64,000 nucleotides of DNA from a virus. The position numbers and the translations under genes were made by a program. Location: the IMG/VR virus record IMGVR_UViG_3300027733_000001. One strand, 5' to 3'. Positions within the stretch are counted from its first letter, which is position 1, and the number at the start of each line of letters is the position of its first letter. The notes beneath the pieces were generated by a model that was not told the DNA's origin, did not search any database, and was given only the letters and a program-made list of their open reading frames with translations. Positions 55,320 through 64,000 of this stretch are shown one piece after another.

Positions 55320-57365
55320 CTACAGGTTGATTGTGTTGTCCACATATTCACTCAACTCACTGTGGTGGTCGATCACGATGACCTGTTTGAATTTGCTGCT
55401 TTTACCGAGAGTTTTGATGATCTCAAAATACTTCTTGGCGTTTTCGTTATTTAGACCGTAGCTACCTTCGTCAATAACCATGAATGGGAATGCCCCTACA
55501 AACATATTGTGGAGCGCCAAACGTAAGCTAAAGCCGACCATTACCTGCTGACCGCCTGATATACTAGGCAGAAGCAGCCCTTCTTCATTGTAGATATCAA
55601 TGCCGAACGTTTCATTTACCTGCGCAGTGTACGGGAATTCGAAGTTTTGAAGAACATCGTTCATATACTCTGTCACAGTGCTGCTATAGGTCTGGATCAG
55701 TGCTCTCGGGAACCTTCCTGTATGGAACAGGTCGTACACGCTTTTTAGTACGTGCACATATTCCTTACGCTTATTATTTTTCTCAATATACTTGTTACTG
55801 TCTTCGATGTCCTGCTTCAACATCTTAAGTTCTTGCTTTTTAGTAGCGATCTCTACTTCGACATTTTTCTTATTCTCGCGCAGAGTTTGAAAGGCTTGGA
55901 TTTTTTCTCTTATTTCTGCAACTTCAGCCTGATACATAGCTATGTCTTTATCGTAGCTGGGTTGCCCAGCCAGTGTAAGCTTTAATCGCTGAAGCTCATT
56001 TTCAGCAGCCTTTTGATTTTCTGCTGCAGCTTTTGCCTTGAGTTCAAGTTCGGTATACTTGTCTACCACACCTGCCCACAAGTCATATTCGCTTTGATCG
56101 AATTGAACATGTTTAATTGCATCGAGGGATGCATCGATTTCAGCCAGCTCTGATTTGTATCTATCGCTTTCTTGCTTTGCCTGCCTACCCTTACCTATCC
56201 GAACCCTTAGGAGGTCCATTTCTTCTAGCAGCTCCTGATGACTGCTCACCAATGGTTGTTTTTCACTGGTGAGATGAGCAATCAGCTTTTCTGGATCTAT
56301 ACTTGATCCGCAGGTTGGACATGTATCGCCCTCGAGATTTGTATGATAGTTTCTAATCTTAAGATCAATATCTGCTATCTGCTTGTTTTTTAGGTCAGCA
56401 AGAACACGGTATCCTTGGTCCTTTGTCTCAAGCTCAGCAAGCAAGGCTTCTTCCTTTTCTCCAAAGACTAGCTTCGGAACAACTAGCGCTGCTTTTTTCT
56501 GCGCATATGCGAGCTTCTTATCATATAGAGGCTTGCTTGCCTTTAGTGTGGCGAGAGTGTTTCTGTATGTAGCAATATCGATAGCTTTTAGTTTTTCATC
56601 GTACCTAGCACATGCATCTTGCGCATCGACTAGCTTACTTTCAGCTATCGGCAACGCTGCACGAATATTGCCTGTCAGCTTCTCAGCGTCTTCAACACTC
56701 TTTAAAAAAGCCTGCCGAGACACTAGCGAAGTATATACCTCTTCATCTACAATCAAACCATTCGACTCTTCTGTACTAAGTCTGATTAGTTCTTCCACGC
56801 ACTGCATATCGCTTCGAAGAACTACCATGTCTTTGACAGGGTATTCTGGAGGAGCGTCCTTAATATAGTTGTTCCAGATAATATCTCTGACCTTGGTGGT
56901 ATTAGGCACCATGAAGATTTTCTGAAACAGTTTCTCTTTCGTGGCACTGTCCCCATTGAAGAGAAGGGCTATCTCGCCCTGGTTACTCACGATCACATTC
57001 TGTACGATATTCTTATCGATCTGAAATAGCTGATTCCAGATGTCATTAACCTCGCTACTTTTCTTGTAGGTCTTTCCGTCGTATATGAAGTTTACCTTGG
57101 CCGTGTCGATGTGTCTTTCTAGTACAGCCTCTTTACCTTCGATGATCAAGTGACCGATAACATAGCCGCTAGTCTGTCCAACTGTCAGCATGTCTTGTTT
57201 TGTTTTGCCGTACCCCTCACCTGTTAGAAGAAAGATTACTGCCTCAACAATACTGCTTTTACCTGATCCGTTCTTTCCAATAATTCCTGTTACTCCTGTA
57301 GGAAAATCAAAGGCCGCGTTTTTGTGTGTTCTGAAATTTTTGAGTATTAATTTTGCGATTTCCAT
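55320..57365 (-). CDS. SbcC/Rad50 (gp46-like) ATPase
   Basis: GKNGSGKS, Zn hook CPTCG, signature SGGQ, IDEG, IDHH; coiled coils. Confidence 0.93.
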   Translation of the reverse strand: MEIAKLILKNFRTHKNAAFDFPTGVTGIIGKNGSGKSSIVEAVIFLLTGEGYGKTKQDMLTVGQTSGYVIGHLIIEGKEAVLERHIDTAKVNFIYDGKTYKKSSEVNDIWNQLFQIDKNIVQNVIVSNQGEIALLFNGDSATKEKLFQKIFMVPNTTKVRDIIWNNYIKDAPPEYPVKDMVVLRSDMQCVEELIRLSTEESNGLIVDEEVYTSLVSRQAFLKSVEDAEKLTGNIRAALPIAESKLVDAQDACARYDEKLKAIDIATYRNTLATLKASKPLYDKKLAYAQKKAALVVPKLVFGEKEEALLAELETKDQGYRVLADLKNKQIADIDLKIRNYHTNLEGDTCPTCGSSIDPEKLIAHLTSEKQPLVSSHQELLEEMDLLRVRIGKGRQAKQESDRYKSELAEIDASLDAIKHVQFDQSEYDLWAGVVDKYTELELKAKAAAENQKAAENELQRLKLTLAGQPSYDKDIAMYQAEVAEIREKIQAFQTLRENKKNVEVEIATKKQELKMLKQDIEDSNKYIEKNNKRKEYVHVLKSVYDLFHTGRFPRALIQTYSSTVTEYMNDVLQNFEFPYTAQVNETFGIDIYNEEGLLLPSISGGQQVMVGFSLRLALHNMFVGAFPFMVIDEGSYGLNNENAKKYFEIIKTLGKSSKFKQVIVIDHHSELSEYVDNTINL

Positions 57366-58448
57366 TATAGGTCTTCTTCAGTAGTTGTTTTTGTGACCAG
57401 AACTATTTTGTATTCTTGTTTTCCTTCCAGTGTAGGGTGCGACTTACTCAGATATCTCAACCTGGCTTCGGCACGCTCTAACGCTTTTTGCTGACCACCT
57501 TCTTCAGCTGCAGAGAAGGTATAGGTAAGATTAGGGAACGTAGTACCCCATCCATATTGTGCTGGATTTCTTTCGTCCAGCACCCAGCGGGAACGCAACT
57601 GATAGCTCGTTTGTATCATAATGTACTATTGATTAGTTCGCAGCACTCTCGATAAGAGGCCTGCAACTCTTGCACATACTCCATCTCCATTAAGTTATTT
57701 TCGATAGATGCTCTGTAACGAAGGTTACTATACACCTCGAAAAATTTTGCAGCCACCGTGGTATAGTCTTTGTGTCCTCTTTTCAACCACCCAGGCGGCA
57801 GACACAAATACGAATCGTTCACATATAGCGGCATCGGCAAACCATAATGCAGAAGCAAGTCCTGCATATCTTGATGAGAAATAACTCTCGTAAGTTCTGT
57901 TTCGCCTGTGCGCCAAAAACTATTATTTATTCTCTGTTCTGCCTCAGCTAGTAAGTGCAGACATTCTTCCCTAGTCTTCGTCATCATCATACTCATTTAC
58001 TTCTACAGGTGTGTAGGAATATATTGTACTTTCCGTGGTGGTTATGTGAGTGGTACGTGTGCGTATACGGTGAGGTACACCATAACTATGAGACACAGAT
58101 ACCTGCATAGAGTACATAGCGTCGTCATAGTTGTCATAGGTATCGTTAAACTCTATCCAATGACCAAAGTCGTTTTCACTCACTGTGTTGAGTTCTGGAT
58201 CTTTCCCATTATCGTAAAACTCTACAACGTATTTAGTGACAGTTATATCCATATTAATAATCTTGGTCGTCGTGATCGTCTTGGCAGCATTCGCAACGGA
58301 ATGCTGACAGCATTGGGTCCACTGTGTTTCTTTCCACTATGTATAGGTAAGTACCGTCTATTACCTCCTGTCCTGTAACTGTGTCGTTGCAGTCGTTACA
58401 TTTAAACTCCATCTCCGGCTTTACACCTTTTTTGCTAAGAATGCTCAT
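57365..58448 (-). other. Four small hypothetical genes (57365-57619, 57616-57996, 57971-58252, 58254-58448)
   Basis: Tiled ORFs between sbcC and sbcD; the last has CNDC...CECC. Confidence 0.65.
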
Positions 58449-58451
58449 AAT

Positions 58452-59552
58452 TTATTTTTGCATCTCGCTGTATATTGTTTCTTTGAAGTTATCTAGTACA
58501 GTTTTTGGGTCGCTCTCGGTGAGTAGTTTATATGCAATATTGAATACTTGCTCGCTGTCTTCCATGTCTCTGGTAAGGTCACGAAGCACGCTCTCAAACC
58601 TGTCTGCGGTCTTTAACTCAGAACGAATATTTATAAGTTCTTCGTTACCGTCTTTTTGTTGTTTAACTTTCGTCATCTTGACGAAGCCTAGCTCGTACAA
58701 GAAGTTGAATTGATTTCCAACATCAACATTATCGTACAGCTTTATAAGAAAGACTGGACGCTTTGGACCTAGTTTGTATGCAGCCTGTTTACTGTCCGTC
58801 ACAACCTGCTCAAGATTGTCTGGTTTTATCTCTATGGTTATATACTGTCTAGGTAGATCATATTTCAGGTTACGTAATTTTTCTCCGTCATAGTAATACA
58901 ATCCATCTTTCTCTGTCTCGTTGGCTGCTGTAACACCAAGACTGCCGCAGTAACCTACAAACAGTTCTTTTTCACAGCCTGGGTCGTGGTAGCGCATCTG
59001 TCGCCTAATGTGAATATCCCCAAGAAATATCCCACGAATACTGGCACACTGGTTAGTCAGATCCAGCTCCTTGAGGCTGATTTTTTTCTTTTCCTCACAG
59101 AAAGGCCATAGTTCTGGAATTTGCTGATGCATGAATATAGCCAGAACAGAGTCTTTTTGCTTCTTGTTAAGCTCACTGTTCAATAGCTCAATTACGTCGT
59201 TAGGATTGTCGCTATAATCTACGCCAGCAAACTCAGGCACACTGTTTACAGGTTTAAACCCACAAACTGTTTCCCAGGTTGCACCATTCACAGGCTTACT
59301 ATGATCGCCCGCAATAGCCACAGGTGTAACTTTCCCCGACAACCGCTTTAGCTGTTCTGTTACGAAGCGTATAGTGTCGCTACAGGGCTTATTATTATCA
59401 AATAGGTCACCTACGCTTACAAGATAATCTACCTCGTACTCTAGAGCCTTATCGATGACCATAGAGAATAAGTCGCGGTTATCTTGCTCAAGGTCAGGAA
59501 TGTTGTATAATTTACTTTCTAGATGTTGATCGCTAAATACTATAAATTTCAT
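58452..59552 (-). CDS. SbcD/Mre11 (gp47-like) nuclease
   Basis: SDQH, GDLFD, GDH, FMHQ, LGDIH. Confidence 0.9.
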   Translation of the reverse strand: MKFIVFSDQHLESKLYNIPDLEQDNRDLFSMVIDKALEYEVDYLVSVGDLFDNNKPCSDTIRFVTEQLKRLSGKVTPVAIAGDHSKPVNGATWETVCGFKPVNSVPEFAGVDYSDNPNDVIELLNSELNKKQKDSVLAIFMHQQIPELWPFCEEKKKISLKELDLTNQCASIRGIFLGDIHIRRQMRYHDPGCEKELFVGYCGSLGVTAANETEKDGLYYYDGEKLRNLKYDLPRQYITIEIKPDNLEQVVTDSKQAAYKLGPKRPVFLIKLYDNVDVGNQFNFLYELGFVKMTKVKQQKDGNEELINIRSELKTADRFESVLRDLTRDMEDSEQVFNIAYKLLTESDPKTVLDNFKETIYSEMQK

Positions 59553-59553
59553 A

Positions 59554-60099
59554 CTATTGAGTTTTGCCTGGCCATATTTTGTTTTGCTGGTCTTTCCATT
59601 CTTTCACCGGCGTGAATACGTCTACCCCAAGCCGCTTGCTGGCATATCGTAGCATTCTTAGGTTAGGCCAGAGTTCTGGTCTTACATCACGGGTCAATTG
59701 TAACGCTTCGCTTGGAGATTTACCCTGCATTACCCAAACAATGATAGAAAGTGCCGTACTGCGAGATATGCCTGCAAAGCAATTAATCCCCAGACTATAA
59801 AGCTCACTAGTAGCCACCAGAGGGTCCATGAAACTAATGATGTTGTTGATGTGCTGTTCTCTGGGTCCTTGCTCATCGATATTGTTCACAATAAATGGCT
59901 CTTTATCTTCGTCGCTCCAGTCCCTGAAGTATTGCGCGAAGTGTTTTACTCGAATCTTACGGAACCTTTCTTTTAATTTTTCTACTTTAGATTGGTCTTC
60001 AGGATCTACTGCAGTAAGCCACAGGTTTTGCTGAAGGTCCTTTTTAAACGGTTTGTCTACTGCCTCAGACAGTGATGTAACTGTGATGTCTGTGATCAT
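59554..60099 (-). CDS. Protein-tyrosine/dual-specificity phosphatase-like protein
   Basis: F.D WSD loop; P-loop CFAGISRST (CX5R); WPNLRML. Confidence 0.8.
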   Translation of the reverse strand: MITDITVTSLSEAVDKPFKKDLQQNLWLTAVDPEDQSKVEKLKERFRKIRVKHFAQYFRDWSDEDKEPFIVNNIDEQGPREQHINNIISFMDPLVATSELYSLGINCFAGISRSTALSIIVWVMQGKSPSEALQLTRDVRPELWPNLRMLRYASKRLGVDVFTPVKEWKDQQNKIWPGKTQ

Positions 60100-60440
60100 A
60101 CGATTAGGCGTCTGTGCTCTAGTTCTTGAGTCAACCTGGGTACACTTACAGCTTTACTATATGTAGCGTTTTTAAACCCTGGAATACGGATGTCGCTACC
60201 GTTAGGTACAGGACTAAACCCTTCCTCAATCTTATCTGTGAGTAGTGCTTGCATCGCAGCTTCAGCTTTTTCCAAGTCTTCAGTGGTTAGGTGAACCAGC
60301 CTCTTTAGCTCAGTATCCTTAACGAGCCCTCCATACGACAATACAACATAGTCGTCATCGAGTTGTTGTATTTCTGTGATGTATACATTGTTTCTACGCC
60401 CAGATTTACGGAGCAATATTTCAATATTTATTCTTTTCAT
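60096..60440 (-). CDS. WGR-domain-like protein
   Basis: NNVY...VVLSYG...AEAAMQALLTDKIEEGF; start probably 60440 or 60455. Confidence 0.6.
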   Translation of the reverse strand: MKRINIEILLRKSGRRNNVYITEIQQLDDDYVVLSYGGLVKDTELKRLVHLTTEDLEKAEAAMQALLTDKIEEGFSPVPNGSDIRIPGFKNATYSKAVSVPRLTQELEHRRLIV

Positions 60441-60457
60441 TTTAATAGATAGCATAA

Positions 60458-60488
60458 GCCCCCTACCCAATACTCTCAGGTAGGGGGC
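60458..60488. terminator. 10-bp GC-rich hairpin (terminator, attenuator or processing site)
   Basis: GCCCCCTACC-CAATACTCTCA-GGTAGGGGGC; U-tract weak. Confidence 0.55.
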
Positions 60489-60504
60489 CGTTTGCCGCTG
60501 GGGG

Positions 60505-60771
60505 TTACAGCGTTACTGCAACACTGAAAGCGTCTTCGATCAACATGTTGAGTCGTCGACGCTCTTCAGCGATAACTTCACTCCTGACTTTACCTTTAGC
60601 GATCACATAACCTGATAGGTCTGTGGCCGTCCAGCATTGATGAGTGTGGTCGTACTCAACGTTAGACACTCTATGCACGCTTTTCACGCCCATATCGTGT
60701 AATCTGTCCAGGGTATCGTCAGCCAGTCCAGAGAGGTTGCCCTCTTTATCAATGTATATTGTGGATGGCAT
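60505..60771 (-). CDS. Small protein associated with the AAA/DUF2997 module
   Basis: RVSNVEY...WTATDL...RSEVIAEE. Confidence 0.6.
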   Translation of the reverse strand: MPSTIYIDKEGNLSGLADDTLDRLHDMGVKSVHRVSNVEYDHTHQCWTATDLSGYVIAKGKVRSEVIAEERRRLNMLIEDAFSVAVTL

Positions 60772-60971
60772 CAGTATTCAATTTGTCCGACAATTTCGTG
60801 AGTAGTACCTTCATTATACTCCTCAGTCATTTTGCGAGAGCTTTCATCTGCCTTACCCAAAGCACGCTCAAGCATTTTAGTGGCGTCCAAACAAGCATCA
60901 CCATAGCCTTCAAGCTTGGTGATACTAACCTGCCCATCTTTACCTACACGGAATGTAATTTTCTTAGACAT
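60771..60971 (-). CDS. DUF2997 family protein
   Basis: Start MSKKITF at 60971; IxxDG.V...GY.G.AC...TK.LE.ALG. Confidence 0.8.
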   Translation of the reverse strand: MSKKITFRVGKDGQVSITKLEGYGDACLDATKMLERALGKADESSRKMTEEYNEGTTHEIVGQIEY

Positions 60972-61245
60972 ACTCCATTGTCTCGCGCAGAAACTTACCA
61001 GACTTATCGTAGTTGAATTTAATGAAGACTGTGTGCTTCTTCTCTGTAGGGCAACGCACAATGTACGTTACTACTGCTGTGGCTGTATTAGGTTCGTCTT
61101 GGACAAACTTAATCTGATGGTATGGGATGTGTACCTCACAGTCTACAGGCTTCTCCCCAGCAGGAGGCAATGCCTCGTGTGACAGAGTTGCTTTGAGTGA
61201 ACGTGACAATTTTGACTTTACTTCTTCGATGTTTTCGATGTTCAT
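60964..61245 (-). CDS. Hypothetical protein
   Basis: 93-aa ORF inserted within the module. Confidence 0.6.
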   Translation of the reverse strand: MNIENIEEVKSKLSRSLKATLSHEALPPAGEKPVDCEVHIPYHQIKFVQDEPNTATAVVTYIVRCPTEKKHTVFIKFNYDKSGKFLRETMEYV

Positions 61246-61253
61246 GAGGTATT

Positions 61254-61643
61254 TTAATTTTCTGCAGTTATGATCAATTCGCCCGTAGGGAGCTCGTTAA
61301 TACTGTAGGACAGGTCTTCTTCATGCATGAACTTTTTGAGCTCATCCAGTGCATAGCCCTGTTTTATATTTTTAAGGTTATCGCCTAGCTGTCGTTCGAT
61401 ACTTCTATCATAGAAGTCGCAAACGAAAAACGCGTTACCTTCACTGTCAATGTCTATACCTACGTCAAATCCCCCACTTGATGGATTTTTTGCCACATAT
61501 TTGTGAACCTCATTTTTTCTAGGGTCACTATAATAGGTGTGACATACAGTATTTTCTACAATCCCCCAACCAGCTTTTTTGAACTGGTTGAGCAGATTGC
61601 TGATGTTCTTAAACTGCGTTTTGATGTTTACCGCATGACTCAT
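61254..61643 (-). CDS. DUF1257 (Ycf35-like) protein
   Basis: MSH..IKT, DVG, DFY, KQGYA, G.L.I. Confidence 0.8.
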   Translation of the reverse strand: MSHAVNIKTQFKNISNLLNQFKKAGWGIVENTVCHTYYSDPRKNEVHKYVAKNPSSGGFDVGIDIDSEGNAFFVCDFYDRSIERQLGDNLKNIKQGYALDELKKFMHEEDLSYSINELPTGELIITAEN

Positions 61644-61942
61644 AATATTTTAGTCAGGTCATAGCTCCCGGCGAGTTGCACCGAGAGCTCAGTTATTCCT
61701 TTAGTGTCAAATGTCTTTTCAACAAGCTCTACGAACTTACTGTAAACCATTTCCACTGTTTCTACTTCACCATCTCTAGTTACTGCTATTTTGATTTGTG
61801 TGTTTTGGGTGCTGAGTATGTCGCCGTTGGCTACCTCACAATAAGGCAGCAGCAGACTATGGTTATCTCCCATAAACCTGATCGTCAACATATCGTAGTT
61901 AGGGGGTTCTAACACCCCCTGCTCATCATTATCATAACTCAT
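61640..61942 (-). CDS. Hypothetical protein
   Basis: 100-aa ORF. Confidence 0.6.
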   Translation of the reverse strand: MSYDNDEQGVLEPPNYDMLTIRFMGDNHSLLLPYCEVANGDILSTQNTQIKIAVTRDGEVETVEMVYSKFVELVEKTFDTKGITELSVQLAGSYDLTKIL

Positions 61943-62952
61943 TATTTTACGGTTAGTTTCCTGAAGTACTCCCCACTAACATTAGCTACATCAGTGAGGC
62001 TCTTGGCCTCGTTGACTACACTGTTTAGATGCTGTTGAAGCATTCCCAGGGCATCCTTGTTCTTAGAGAAGTCGTGATCGCCTGTCAACAGGTTCTCAAC
62101 CTTGCTCAACTCGGCCTCAACCGCCTTGTCGTCTACAAAGTTCATATCGCGGAATTCCTTGATATGTTTGAGCAATGTCCTGATGTTAGCGTCACTGACT
62201 ACCTCCTTCTTATTGATTTTGTTCAAAGCTACCGAGCAATGCTCGACAATCTTTGTACGCAACGTTGCAGTTACTTCTCCTACAAAATCGCTGATCTTAC
62301 TCATATGAGTATCAATCTGCTTATTGTAGGCAGTTTTGTAGCTTGTCAACGCTTCCTGCTTGGCCTGATTGGTTACCTGCTCGCGAAGGATTTCCTCCTG
62401 CAGATTGACCTCTTCGAACTGCGCAGGTAGCGCAATTTCAAAAGAAACAATATCGAAATAGAATTTCTTTTTGATATTGGCCAATGAGGGATAGTAGCTT
62501 TCCAAGTCTCCTACCTCTACAGTGTCCGAATGCTCTTTGTAATACTCTAGAGCCTCTTTTTTGTAGTCTTCGTACTTATAAATAAACTCAGCAGTCATCA
62601 GATTAAACTCCTCACGCATTTCGTCGAGTTGTTTATAGACAGCCATATATTTAGTCTTAGGTACAAAATGTGCCTGACTGACAAGTGGGAAGTCGAAAGA
62701 ATTTACGTACAAGTATTTACGCACCCTCTGTTCGTAGTTTTTAAACGTGTTATACACAGCAGGCTTGATAAGCATTTTCTTGCCGAGCTTGATCGTCTCC
62801 GGCAGCTGCTTATCCAGCTTAATGTCGGCCTCTGTGAGGTTATAGCTCATACCCCACATACCGATATGTACATTGACTAGTTTACCGTCCTGGAACACCT
62901 TGTCATAATACTGCTGCAAGGTATCGGTTATTTTGTATTCGTTGTTATTCAT
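61942..62952 (-). CDS. DUF3150-like protein
   Basis: LGKKML, FVP, F...Y, YPS...KKFYF; helical C-half. Confidence 0.7.
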   Translation of the reverse strand: MNNNEYKITDTLQQYYDKVFQDGKLVNVHIGMWGMSYNLTEADIKLDKQLPETIKLGKKMLIKPAVYNTFKNYEQRVRKYLYVNSFDFPLVSQAHFVPKTKYMAVYKQLDEMREEFNLMTAEFIYKYEDYKKEALEYYKEHSDTVEVGDLESYYPSLANIKKKFYFDIVSFEIALPAQFEEVNLQEEILREQVTNQAKQEALTSYKTAYNKQIDTHMSKISDFVGEVTATLRTKIVEHCSVALNKINKKEVVSDANIRTLLKHIKEFRDMNFVDDKAVEAELSKVENLLTGDHDFSKNKDALGMLQQHLNSVVNEAKSLTDVANVSGEYFRKLTVK

Positions 62953-62956
62953 AGGA

Positions 62957-64000
62957 CTATTCTTCGTTACCGATTGCGATACTGAGCTTACGCATATTCT
63001 TTTCTACATCTGCGATTGGGTCGCCTTTTGACGTAACCATCACAAGCTTTCCTTGTGCCTGTCTACGCATAATTTTGAGATCCTCCTCGTGCGACACCGC
63101 AAAAGGAATGAACTCCGCTAACACTTCCATAACATGACTGTCATTGACTTCCTCACCAGCATCAAAAGCCTTGTATAAGGCATCTTTGAATACTTCTTCG
63201 ATTTCTGCGCCAGTGAAGTCTTCTGCTCCATTAACCAGTGTCTTAATACTGAAGTTTTTGGGGTTGCGTCCGTACTTCCTGATTACTACATCGAATATTT
63301 CTCTGCGTTCCTCGGCGGTAGGTAAGTCTACCCAGAAGAGTTGATCAAAGCGACCCTTGCGGATTAATGCGCTAGGCAGCAATGTATGATTATTTGTTGT
63401 AGCTACAATGAACGCCGGGTTCTTTCGGTCGTTCAGCCAGCTCAAGAATGTGCCGAAGATGCGGCTGCTGACACCACTGTCACCAGAGCCACTAACAGCA
63501 CTGTTACTAAGAGCCTTTTCGATCTCGTCGATCAAGATGACGCACTTGCCGATACTTTCGACAGTCTTGATCATTTCCCTCATATTCTTTTCGCTATTAC
63601 CTACAAGCGAGTCGAAGATGCTGCCGATGTCTAAGGCAAACAAAGGACAGTCAAATTCCTTTGCGATAGCTTTACAGATCAGCGATTTGCCGGTACCAGG
63701 AACACTGGCAAGCAGCATACCCTTAGGCATAGGGAGGTTATAGTCTCTGGCGTCCTTTGTATAGGCTTTTTTACGTGTGTTCAACCAGCTCTTTAGTCCC
63801 TGCATACCACCAACATTATCGAAACTAATGTTAGGTTCCATATAGGTCAAGAGTCCGTTCTTTTTCAACTGGGCAATCTTTTCATGGAATACCCACTCTA
63901 CAAACGAGGTATCGAACCTACCTACCGCTGTATAGGCCAGGGCAAGAGCATTCTCCACCTCGTGGGCGGTCATGCCTTTTGCTGCTTCGATTGTGCCCTC
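62957..64000 (-). CDS. Ycf46-like AAA+ ATPase, 5'-truncated
   Basis: Frame open to the edge (EGTIEAAKGMTAHE); VGG..LK, Walker A VPGTGKS, Walker B IDEIEK, sensor TTN, Arg finger RKGRFD. Confidence 0.92.
   Translation of the reverse strand, partial: EGTIEAAKGMTAHEVENALALAYTAVGRFDTSFVEWVFHEKIAQLKKNGLLTYMEPNISFDNVGGMQGLKSWLNTRKKAYTKDARDYNLPMPKGMLLASVPGTGKSLICKAIAKEFDCPLFALDIGSIFDSLVGNSEKNMREMIKTVESIGKCVILIDEIEKALSNSAVSGSGDSGVSSRIFGTFLSWLNDRKNPAFIVATTNNHTLLPSALIRKGRFDQLFWVDLPTAEERREIFDVVIRKYGRNPKNFSIKTLVNGAEDFTGAEIEEVFKDALYKAFDAGEEVNDSHVMEVLAEFIPFAVSHEEDLKIMRRQAQGKLVMVTSKGDPIADVEKNMRKLSIAIGNEE

Noticed and set aside
47379-57365. Inteins, introns or homing endonucleases in replication genes
   Set aside because: Gene lengths are ordinary, with no C/S...HN splice junctions and no LAGLIDADG, HNH or GIY-YIG motifs noticed.
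58452-59552. Mre11 motif III GDH instead of GNH as a sign of inactivity
   Set aside because: Asp can still ligate the metal and the other motifs are intact.
60458-60470. TTG start at 60470 for the WGR-like gene
   Set aside because: It lies inside the GC hairpin; the ATG at 60440 or 60455 is more plausible.
15600-63743. Many plus-strand ORFs of 60-293 aa (e.g. 30634-31236, 43494-44375, 56383-56868)
   Set aside because: Shadow frames opposite well-supported genes; no recognisable motifs.
1-64000. Stop-codon reassignment, as in some large phages
   Set aside because: Long genes are intact in code 11, TAA, TAG and TGA all end tiled genes, and there is no suppressor tRNA.

Overview
This window is part of a large tailed-phage (jumbo-phage-like) genome in the standard genetic code. 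Almost all genes lie on the minus strand; the exception is a plus-strand block at about 9.4-15.2 kb (putative portal and lysis cassette). From left to right it contains: small membrane and lipoprotein genes, three tRNAs and an ECF sigma factor (0-9 kb); the portal/lysis block; a long run of small accessory genes including UvsE, a DNA ligase, an RNA ligase and a second ECF sigma (15-32 kb); a glycosyltransferase/methyltransferase cluster interleaved with three more tRNAs (32.8-37.3 kb); a replication/recombination module (HhH glycosylase, RuvC-like resolvase, RecA-like, SSB-like, family A DNA polymerase, DnaB, primase, SF2 helicase, Rad50/Mre11); and a DUF2997/DUF1257/DUF3150/AAA-ATPase module that runs off the right edge. 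The two ECF sigmas resemble Planctomycetes/Verrucomicrobia types, which suggests a PVC host (inference). The most striking feature is a cassette inside the replication module (42.3-47.4 kb). It encodes a predicted beta-grasp ubiquitin-like protein ending LVGG-LGIAE, a JAB/JAMM protease with a perfect motif, a ThiF/E1 enzyme, a 710-aa unknown protein and an exonuclease-fold protein that looks catalytically dead, all next to a Gp88 radical-SAM-like gene. This is a candidate phage-encoded Ubl conjugation or sulfur-relay system. All family calls come from motif recognition by eye; no database searches were run.
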